From the NCBI GenBank assembly GCA_003142855.1, contig PLNW01000092.1:11826-75825 (forward strand): 64,000 nt of DNA, in the 5' to 3' direction. The notes under the pieces are model-generated. The model was given only the letters and a program-made list of their open reading frames with translations, made no database searches and was not told the DNA's origin. Both the position numbers and the translations under genes were made by a program. Of the stretch, positions 6,959-13,989 are shown piece by piece; position 1 is the first letter of the stretch, and the number at the start of each line of letters is the position of its first letter. The stretch comes from Myxococcales bacterium. Lineage in GTDB: Bacteria; Myxococcota_A; Polyangia; Fen-1088.

Positions 6959-8572
6959 ATGAAACGATACTTCGCAGCACAACGGTTTCGCACGGGGTTG
7001 CAGAACAAGCTGGGCCTGAGCGGGCTCGCTTCGCTTCTGTTGGTCGCGGTCCTGGCTGGGTGCTCTTCCTCGAAGGCGACGGGCGCTTCAGGCGGCAGCG
7101 GGGCCGGTACAAGCGGCACCACCGGGGCCAGCAGCAGTGGGGGACAGACCACCATCGGCGGTGTCACGAGTATTGCGAGCGCTGCGGGAGGATCGAGCGG
7201 CCAGGGTGGAACGACTGCCGCGATGGGAGGCACCACGGCTGTTGGGGGCACCACAGTCGGTGGGTCGACTACGGCAAGTGGCGGCACGAACGGCGGCGGT
7301 GCAACTGGTGGCGGCGCAACGGCCGTCAACAGCGCCACGGCGGGTAGCAGCGCAACGGCCGGCAGCAGCGCAACTGCCGGCAGCAGCGCGACCGCCGGCA
7401 GTGGCGCAATGGAAAGTGGCGGCACTGCGAGTGGCGGGCGCACGACGACCAGGAGCGGCGGGCTTGTGGCCGGTGGCACTACGTCCGGCGGAGGGACCAC
7501 GAGCTCAGGTGGTACGTCCAGCAACGGTGGAACGGCAGGCACAAGCCGCCCCGACGCTGGCGCAGACGCGGCTGCGGGTGTCGCTTCGCCCGATGCGCGC
7601 GGTGGCGGGGGCGCCGGAGCCGGAGGAACGGCCGGAACAGGGGGAACCGTGGCCGGCGGCACAGGCGTAGCCAGTTTCCACTGCGTGAACTGGGCCGACA
7701 ACCGGGACAACTTCGTCGACGGACATCTCCTCATGTCCGGGATCACTTCAGACACGGACACCTATGACGGCGTCACGACCAAGGCCAACATCGTCGTGGG
7801 CGCCTTCGTCGATCTGTTGCAGGCCAATTCCTTCCGCATGCCCATCAACGAGCCGACCGCTCTCGACCCCTGGTGGAATTCGTACAAGGCCGCCATCGAC
7901 GTCGGCATCGCCAAGGGAATGAAAGTGATCATTGGCTTCTGGGCGAAGGACAAGAACATTGGCAAGCCAGTCGACAACACCCGCTGGTACGCCATGTGGA
8001 AGGTCGTGATTGATGCCTACGTGAGCAATCCGCTCGTGTTCTACGATATCCACAACGAGCCGCACGGATTCACGCCCGCGCAGTGGATCACTCAGGTCAA
8101 TGGCTGGCTGGCGCAGTTCCCCAACGTGCCCAGGCAACAGATCATCGTGGCAGGCAGCGGCTGGGACGACAACGTCGCAAATGTGGCCAGTTCCTGGCCC
8201 GATCTGATGATGGAGATTCACAACTACGCGAACAACGGCCCGACGACCCAGGCAGGGTGGAAATCCAACCTGCTCAACCGCCTGGGCAACGCTGTCAGCC
8301 GCACCATTGTCGGCGAGTGGGCGGGCCAGTTGAACGAGGACTTCACCACCGGGATCGATGGCAACGCAGACAAGTCCTTTATCGTCGGCACGGCCAACAC
8401 AATCTATGACAACAAGATGGGAAGCTGCTGGTGGGCAGGCGCGTTCGCCCCGAGTGGAGGTACTTCGGGCTCCAGCCTGCTGGTTCAGAAGGGGACCGGA
8501 GACACCATGACCTTCACCGCCCAGGGTCCAGCCGCCCTCACCTACATTCAGCATTCGTGGGGCCTCAATTGA
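6959..8572 (+). CDS. Lipoprotein glycoside hydrolase family 5 (cellulase-like) with a long G/S/T/A-rich linker
   Basis: ATG 6959 is preceded by GGAGGA. The signal and lipobox read LLLVAVLAGCSSS, followed by a low-complexity linker of about 230 aa. The catalytic domain has YDIHNEPHG (acid/base NEP) and IVGEWAG (nucleophile). Confidence 0.8.
   Translation: MKRYFAAQRFRTGLQNKLGLSGLASLLLVAVLAGCSSSKATGASGGSGAGTSGTTGASSSGGQTTIGGVTSIASAAGGSSGQGGTTAAMGGTTAVGGTTVGGSTTASGGTNGGGATGGGATAVNSATAGSSATAGSSATAGSSATAGSGAMESGGTASGGRTTTRSGGLVAGGTTSGGGTTSSGGTSSNGGTAGTSRPDAGADAAAGVASPDARGGGGAGAGGTAGTGGTVAGGTGVASFHCVNWADNRDNFVDGHLLMSGITSDTDTYDGVTTKANIVVGAFVDLLQANSFRMPINEPTALDPWWNSYKAAIDVGIAKGMKVIIGFWAKDKNIGKPVDNTRWYAMWKVVIDAYVSNPLVFYDIHNEPHGFTPAQWITQVNGWLAQFPNVPRQQIIVAGSGWDDNVANVASSWPDLMMEIHNYANNGPTTQAGWKSNLLNRLGNAVSRTIVGEWAGQLNEDFTTGIDGNADKSFIVGTANTIYDNKMGSCWWAGAFAPSGGTSGSSLLVQKGTGDTMTFTAQGPAALTYIQHSWGLN
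7328..7399. repeat. 18-bp x4 in-frame tandem repeat encoding (S/N)SATAG in the GH5 linker
   Basis: aacagcgccacggcgggt / agcagcgcaacggccggc / agcagcgcaactgccggc / agcagcgcgaccgccggc. Confidence 0.8.
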
Positions 8573-8647
8573 GCTGACAGCCATTCGCGTCGGCTGTGAA
8601 AGGGCAGCCCCTCGCGCTGAACAAGAGTACAATGTTGTTCCTGGGCC

Positions 8648-9406
8648 ATGAAGGAACACGAGATCCGGCAGCGCATCGAGGGCTTCCTCAAGCGAACTGC
8701 GCGCGAGTTAGTGGTGCCGGCATCGATGGGTCTGGGCCTGGCGCTGGTCGGGTGCGACCATACTGGGATCAAGGTCGCGCGGGACGCAGCGGCTGAAACG
8801 GCCCAGTCCGTCGCGCCCGACGCGGCAGACGCGATGCTGACGAGGGATAGCGCTGCCAATGTCCCGGACGTGGCCAACCCGCGGGACTTCGGCATCAACG
8901 ATGACAGGCCCGCCCTCGATGCGTTCAAAGCAGACCTGCCTAGGCTGATCATTCCGTACGGGGTCCGCATAGAGCCGGACGCGAGCGTGGACGCGGCTGC
9001 CCCGAACGCGGATGCCCCGGACGCGGATGCAGGCGCCGCGGACGCGGAGGTTCGCGCCGTGGACTCTGGTCGCGACGCAGGCAAAGCTGACCTGCCTGCG
9101 ATCTTGCCGCCCTACATGCCGCCCTACATGCCTGCGCCCCTGCCCGATGCTGCGCAGGATCTTTCGGCAGTCATTGTCCCGTACATGGTGCCACCGCCCT
9201 ACATGGCGCCGGTCTTCGGCCCGCCTCCGCTGCCCCCGGATCCACCGCCACAGGCGCCGGAGCCGCCACCACCGCCGCCGCCACCACCGCCCTACCTGGC
9301 GCCGGTCTTCGATGCTGGCCAGGACTTGCCACGACCCATTCCCGGATACGTCGTCCCCCCACTGGCCCCATCACCGACGGTTCCGCCAGCCAAGGCACCC
9401 AAGTAG
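8648..9406 (+). CDS. Pro/Asp/Ala-rich repeat lipoprotein with P-Y-M motifs; putative rSAM substrate (cassette 2)
   Basis: 252 aa. The N-terminus MKEHEIRQRIEGFLKRTARELVVPASMGLGLALVGC is homologous to cassette 1 (24 of 37 identical by eye). The C-terminal part has PPYMPPYMPAP, VPYMVPPPYMAPV, PPYLAPV, PGYVVPP and a run of 10 Pro. There is no Cys after the lipobox. Confidence 0.75.
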   Translation: MKEHEIRQRIEGFLKRTARELVVPASMGLGLALVGCDHTGIKVARDAAAETAQSVAPDAADAMLTRDSAANVPDVANPRDFGINDDRPALDAFKADLPRLIIPYGVRIEPDASVDAAAPNADAPDADAGAADAEVRAVDSGRDAGKADLPAILPPYMPPYMPAPLPDAAQDLSAVIVPYMVPPPYMAPVFGPPPLPPDPPPQAPEPPPPPPPPPPYLAPVFDAGQDLPRPIPGYVVPPLAPSPTVPPAKAPK

Positions 9407-9439
9407 GCCGCAAGCCGTGGCAACGGCCAGGAGCCATCG

Positions 9440-10573
9440 GTGCTGGAAGTTCTGAGGCGGGCCGGCATCGCCCCGCGCGCCTGCGCGTGGGAGCTGACCT
9501 TGGGGTGCAACCTGCGCTGCCGACACTGTGGCTCGGCGGCAGGTCCGCGCCGCTCCGACGAGCTGACCCTGGAAGAATGCCTGCGCGTGGCCGACGAGCT
9601 GGGCGCCCTGGGATGCCAGCGCGCCACGCTCACCGGGGGCGAGCCCACGCTCTACCCGGACTGGGACAAGGTGGGCCGGCGCCTGGCCCAGCACATTGCC
9701 GAGGTCAGCTTGATCTCCAACGGTTGGGCATGGACCGCCCGCCATGCCCAGCAGGCCGCGCAGGCCGGTTTGCGTGGTGTCGCTTTCAGCCTCGACGGGC
9801 TGGAAAAGGAGCATGACTGCTTCCGCGCCGAGGGTTCGTTCCGGCGCGTGGTCGAGGCGGTGAAGCACACCCTGGCCGCCGGCCTGCCGGTGGGCATCAA
9901 CACGACGATTCACCGCCTCAACACCCGCCAGCTTCCCCAGTTGCGCCAATTTCTCATCGACATCGGCGTGCGCACCTGGCAATTGCAGTTCGCCATCGCC
10001 ACGGGCTACATGGCCGAAAATCGCGACCTGGTGGCGCCGCCCGAGGAGCGGCTGTGGCTGATTCCGCAGATCGCGGAAATGTGCCGTGCCAGCGACAACC
10101 GCATCAAAGTCTACGCCAGCGACCACATCGGCTACTTCGGCAAGCCCGAGCGCGACCTGCGCACCGGTGACACCTCCATGCCGTTCTGGCTGGGCTGCCG
10201 CGCCGGCTGCCATGTCATCGGCATCGAGAGCAACGGCAACGTGAAGGGCTGCCTGTCGCTGCCTTCGCAGGTGCAGGGCGAGAGCCGCTTCGTCGAGGGC
10301 AACCTGCGCCAGAGCAATCTGCGCGAGATCTGGAACCGCAAGGGCGCCTTCGCCTACAACCGCGAATTCCGTATCGAGCAACTGGGAGGCTTCTGCGCCG
10401 TATGCCGCTTCCGCGACATCTGTCGGGGCGGCTGCACCTGGACCATGTACGCCGAATCACCCACGCTGGCCGCGGGTAATCCGCACTGTTTCTACCACCA
10501 GGCCGTCAAGCACGGCCGCAGCGACCTGCTCGACGAAGAGCCCACGGCAGAGGAAAAGGCCTTCTTCGGCTAG
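9440..10573 (+). CDS. Radical SAM / SPASM-domain enzyme (cassette 2), paralog of 4365..5531
   Basis: 377 aa. GTG 9440 has an AGGAG SD 6 nt upstream. Motifs are ELTLGCNLRCRHCGS, LTGGEPTLYP and GCRAGCHVIGIESNGNVKGC...GGFCAVCRFRDICRGGC. It is roughly 55-65% identical to the cassette-1 enzyme by eye across the full length. Confidence 0.9.
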   Translation: MLEVLRRAGIAPRACAWELTLGCNLRCRHCGSAAGPRRSDELTLEECLRVADELGALGCQRATLTGGEPTLYPDWDKVGRRLAQHIAEVSLISNGWAWTARHAQQAAQAGLRGVAFSLDGLEKEHDCFRAEGSFRRVVEAVKHTLAAGLPVGINTTIHRLNTRQLPQLRQFLIDIGVRTWQLQFAIATGYMAENRDLVAPPEERLWLIPQIAEMCRASDNRIKVYASDHIGYFGKPERDLRTGDTSMPFWLGCRAGCHVIGIESNGNVKGCLSLPSQVQGESRFVEGNLRQSNLREIWNRKGAFAYNREFRIEQLGGFCAVCRFRDICRGGCTWTMYAESPTLAAGNPHCFYHQAVKHGRSDLLDEEPTAEEKAFFG

Positions 10574-11802
10574 CCGCCCGCCTCGGCGGCGTAGTCGTCC
10601 AGCAGCTCCTCCATTCGTGCGAAGACCTGGACCATGGTGTCCTCGTCGGGCAGAAGCGTGATGCGGAAGTGATCGCGGTAGGGAACGTTGAAGCTGGTGC
10701 CCGGGGCCACCAGCACGTGTTTGCGTTCCAGCAAGTCGAGCGCGAATTTCTGGTCGTCGAAATTCGGCAGCTTGCTGGTGTCCACCCGCACAAAGGCGTA
10801 CATGGCCCCGCGGGGCGGGACCACCGACAGATACTTGCTGCGTTTGCAGCCGTCCAGAACTGCCGCGCGCGTCTGGAACAGGCGACCGCCCGGCCGCACC
10901 AGATCGCGAATCGACTGGTAGCCGCCCAGAGCGGTCTGCACGGCCCACTGGCCCACAACATTGGAGCACAGCCGCAGCGACATGATGGTGTCTAGTCCCA
11001 TCAGGTATTCGCGCGCGTGGTCCTTCTCGCCTGAGAAACTGAGCCAGCCCACGCGAAAGCCGCAGGCCCGATACACCTTGGACAAGCCGGAGAAAGTCCC
11101 GCACAGGGTGTGCCTGGCCAGGGTGGCCACCGGCGTGTACTCGGCGCCCTCGTAGGTCATCTGGTCGTAGATCTCGTCGGAGAACACCACCAGGTCGCGC
11201 GACTCGGCGATGTCGACCATCTTGGCCAGCACCTCGCGTGGATAGACCGCCCCGGTCGGGTTGTTGGGCGAGATGATGACCATGGCGCGCGTCCGCGGTG
11301 TCACCAGGCGCGCAAGTTTGTCGAGGTCAGGCAGCCAGTTGTTTTCAGGCGGGCAGGGGTAGTGCACCGCCGTGCCGTCGGCCAGATGGGTGGCTGCGGT
11401 CCACAGGGGATAGTCGGGGCTGGGCACCAAGACCTCGTCCCCTTGGTTGAGCAAAGCGCGCAGCGAGAACAGGATCAGCTCGCTCACCCCGTTGCCCATG
11501 AAGACATCGTCCGCGTTGGCGTCCATGATCCCGCGGCTCTGCTGCTGCATCACCACCGCCTCGCGGGCCGAGAAAATTCCCTTCTGGTGGCAATAGGGTT
11601 CGGCGTCGCGCAGGTTCTCGATCATCGCCAAGCGCATGGTTTCGGGCGCACGAAACCCGAAGGCGCCGGGATTGCCGATGTTCAGCTTCACGATCTCGTG
11701 CCCCGCCTTTTCCAACTCGGCGGCCCGACGCGCCAGCGGACCACGGATCTCGTAGCGGACGTTGGCAAGTTGGGAGCTGGCTTGAATTCGCGTCGGGGAC
11801 AT
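10570..11802 (-). CDS. alaA: PLP-dependent aminotransferase class I/II, AlaA (YfbQ)-like alanine aminotransferase
   Basis: 410 aa. The N-terminus ...NVRYEIRGPLARRAAELEKAGHEIVKLNIGNPGAFGF...GNGVSELI...SPNNPTGAVY...SGLSKVYRACGFRVGW... is collinear with E. coli AlaA as I recall it. The stop overlaps the convergent rSAM stop in the palindrome CTAG at 10570-10573. Confidence 0.85.
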   Translation of the reverse strand: MSPTRIQASSQLANVRYEIRGPLARRAAELEKAGHEIVKLNIGNPGAFGFRAPETMRLAMIENLRDAEPYCHQKGIFSAREAVVMQQQSRGIMDANADDVFMGNGVSELILFSLRALLNQGDEVLVPSPDYPLWTAATHLADGTAVHYPCPPENNWLPDLDKLARLVTPRTRAMVIISPNNPTGAVYPREVLAKMVDIAESRDLVVFSDEIYDQMTYEGAEYTPVATLARHTLCGTFSGLSKVYRACGFRVGWLSFSGEKDHAREYLMGLDTIMSLRLCSNVVGQWAVQTALGGYQSIRDLVRPGGRLFQTRAAVLDGCKRSKYLSVVPPRGAMYAFVRVDTSKLPNFDDQKFALDLLERKHVLVAPGTSFNVPYRDHFRITLLPDEDTMVQVFARMEELLDDYAAEAGG

Positions 11803-11888
11803 TGTGACCTCGGCGGAAATCTCCCAGAAACCTGCGCCGCGCGCCAGTGCCGAGAACGCGATCAGATGCCGCGTTCAGCTAGGTGAGG

Positions 11889-12968
11889 CTAGCGCTGAAT
11901 GACGGTGGTATCAGCCATCTGGAAACAGCTCGAGCCGTCGCCCGCCACCCAACGGAACACGTTGTACCAAAACTGCGGGATGTTGTAGATTTTGTCCGCG
12001 GTGTAGTTCGCGCACTGGGCTTGGGCCTGGTAGATCGAATCGCCTTTCCACTGGCTGGTGTAGGTGACCCACTCGTCGGCCCAGGCGAAGACCCGGCCAG
12101 CGCCGACCTGTTTGTGAACGCCAACCAAGGTATTGGTCTGCCACGTGCCCATGACCTGGCAATCGGCGCAAGTGATGGGGCGGCCCATGAAGACACCCAC
12201 TTGGCGGTCCGTCGAATTAAGATTGTCGACCAGCGGGCTGTCCGAGGTATTCCAACCGCCAAACGGAATCGACCCGTCGGCACAGTAGCACATATTGTTG
12301 GTACAGTCGCTCTGAACGAAAATATCCGGGCTCGGTTGGTAGGAAATCCCGAATGGCGCCAGCAATTGATTGACCGGATCGACCTCCTGCGACTGCGAGC
12401 CATAGCCGCTCATCGTAATGAGGCCGCCGCCTTTGTTCACCCAGTCAGACAGAGCACTGACCTCGTCACCGGTGAAAGTCCAAAAGCCGGTGTACTCACT
12501 GTCCTCAAGGGCCTGGAGAATGATGACGTCATACTTCTTCAAGAAGTCCGCGGTCAGCGTGAAATTCCTCGTGGACCCGACCACGTTTCCGAACAGGGCC
12601 ATGGTGGCCGTTCCCTTGGTTTGGGTGTTCATGTAGTTTTGGAAGGCATCCGTGTTGTCGCCGCCGCCACTCTGGTTGCCGTAGTGGGCGACCTTGCCCA
12701 GAGACGCGATGGTCAGGCACTGGCAGTTGCCCGCATCGTCGCAACGCCAAGGCTTGGCGTCCCAACCGGCTGGCGGGCCGGTGAAAGTGGAGCCAGCGTC
12801 CATGGCGGTGATGATGGAAATGCCGCCCCCTTGTCCGCTCTCGCCGCCCAGCCCCGTGATGGCGCCGCTTCCAATGGTTCCGCCCGAGGCCGCGACTTTG
12901 GACTGGGTGCAAGCCGCGCCCAAGAACAAGAGCAAGGTACATATGGTGGGATAATCTCTTCTCTGCAT
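11889..12968 (-). CDS. Secreted lipoprotein, function unknown
   Basis: Start ATG 12968 (MQRRDYPTICTLLLFLGAACTQS, with a lipobox) was chosen inside the 11889..13148 ORF. A short Gly-rich linker is followed by a Cys-containing globular domain (..DVIILQALED..WVNKGGGLITMSGY.. hints at a ThuA/GATase1-like fold, unverified). Confidence 0.6.
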   Translation of the reverse strand: MQRRDYPTICTLLLFLGAACTQSKVAASGGTIGSGAITGLGGESGQGGGISIITAMDAGSTFTGPPAGWDAKPWRCDDAGNCQCLTIASLGKVAHYGNQSGGGDNTDAFQNYMNTQTKGTATMALFGNVVGSTRNFTLTADFLKKYDVIILQALEDSEYTGFWTFTGDEVSALSDWVNKGGGLITMSGYGSQSQEVDPVNQLLAPFGISYQPSPDIFVQSDCTNNMCYCADGSIPFGGWNTSDSPLVDNLNSTDRQVGVFMGRPITCADCQVMGTWQTNTLVGVHKQVGAGRVFAWADEWVTYTSQWKGDSIYQAQAQCANYTADKIYNIPQFWYNVFRWVAGDGSSCFQMADTTVIQR

Positions 12969-13132
12969 GTCCGTATAATATGCAACGCCGCTCAAAGGGG
13001 AAGTGTGGGCGCGCGGTCCGACGCGCCCCAGCATGCAGCGCCAGCGTCGGTGCGCCGCACCGCCAAACGAGCCCGATTCGGCTCGACCAATCCGTGGTTG
13101 TTTGGGGCCGCAAGTCACGCTAGTCTGCCTGC

Positions 13133-13834
13133 ATGCTTCGCCAAACAATCGTGTCTTCTATGGTTGCAGCGCTGGTGGCCCTGGGCGTCTCCTATGCCTC
13201 GATCCACGCGGAGCTGTTCCGCCGTTCCGTGGACGTTCCCACCTTACTCGGGTCCACGGTGGACACGGCACGCTCGGCACTCGACCAGTCGGGATTGCTC
13301 CTGGTCGTCGCCGAGGATCGGGAAGACACGGCCACGCCGCCAGGTCAGATCTTGGCCCAGCGTCCGTTGCCTGGGTCCAAGTTGCACGTAGGCGAGCCGG
13401 TGAACGTGGTCATCGCCCGTGCACCTGCCGTGGTCAAGGTGCCGGGCGTGGTCGGCCAGCTCGTTGGTGAAGCCCGCGTGCGCTTGGAAAAGGCTCGTCT
13501 CACGGTCAGCAGTGTGGTCGAGCAGCCCCATCCCACTCTGGGCGTGGGCATGGTCATCGCGCAAAGCCTGGCCGAGGGCGCGGAGGTCCGCGCTGGCACG
13601 GGCCTCGAGCTGAAGGTGTCCAAGGGCGCGGAAGCCATCACCGTGCCCGCGGTGACCGGAAAGTCATTGTCCAAGGCCAGGGATCTTTTGACACAGGTCG
13701 GACTGACCGTCGGCCAGATCCGCCACGCCTCAGACGACGATCGCAGCCCCGGAATCGTACTCGAGCAGAAGCCCGCCGCCAGCCAGACCCTGGGCAAGGG
13801 TATGCCGGTGGATCTGGTCGTGAACAGCGACTAG
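13133..13834 (+). CDS. Membrane-anchored protein made of three PASTA domains, with no kinase or PBP domain
   Basis: 233 aa. It has one N-terminal TM segment (IVSSMVAALVALGVSYA). Three units of about 65 aa follow: VPTLLGSTVDTARSAL..., VPGVVGQLVGEARVRLEKARL... and VPAVTGKSLSKARDLLTQVGL.... Confidence 0.8.
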   Translation: MLRQTIVSSMVAALVALGVSYASIHAELFRRSVDVPTLLGSTVDTARSALDQSGLLLVVAEDREDTATPPGQILAQRPLPGSKLHVGEPVNVVIARAPAVVKVPGVVGQLVGEARVRLEKARLTVSSVVEQPHPTLGVGMVIAQSLAEGAEVRAGTGLELKVSKGAEAITVPAVTGKSLSKARDLLTQVGLTVGQIRHASDDDRSPGIVLEQKPAASQTLGKGMPVDLVVNSD

Positions 13835-13839
13835 CCACC

Positions 13840-13986
13840 CGTCTTGATCCGGCGCTGGAGCTGAATGGCGGGAACCAGACCCACACCGCTGCCCAGCTCC
13901 ACGTCGGCTCCGCCACGCTGTACCGCAAGCTCAAGAGCTACGGCCTCATCGGCAGCAAGCACGCGGCCCACAAGCGTGCTCACTAG
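13840..13986 (+). pseudogene. Orphan C-terminal Fis-type HTH fragment of an NtrC-family (sigma-54 activator-like) regulator
   Basis: The frame ending at TAG 13984-13986 reads RLDPALELNGGNQTHTAAQLHVGSATLYRKLKSYGLIGSKHAAHKRAH*. This matches the ...ALE.TGGN...AA..LG.SR.TLYRKLK.YGL C-terminal pattern of enhancer-binding proteins. No ATG/GTG/TTG and no AAA+ domain lies upstream in frame. Confidence 0.45.
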
Positions 13987-13989
13987 ACT

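Noticed and set aside
6655-7761. 368-aa Pro/Ala/Val-rich ORF on the minus strand. Similar ORFs are 21000..21719 (+), 30766..31572 (+), 34610..35527 (-) and 40337..40699 (+).
   Set aside because: Each is the antisense reading of a Gly/Ser/Thr/Ala-rich linker inside a well-supported CAZyme or LamG gene. GGN/GCN codons read backwards give Pro/Ala. None has a domain, start context or signal, so they are artefacts of composition.
9371-10381. 336-aa ORF antisense to rSAM/SPASM enzyme 2, and 4467..5261 (+) antisense to enzyme 1.
   Set aside because: Such open antisense frames are expected in very GC-rich DNA. The sense strands carry unmistakable radical SAM/SPASM motifs, and the antisense products are Ala/Arg/Gly-rich with no recognisable features.
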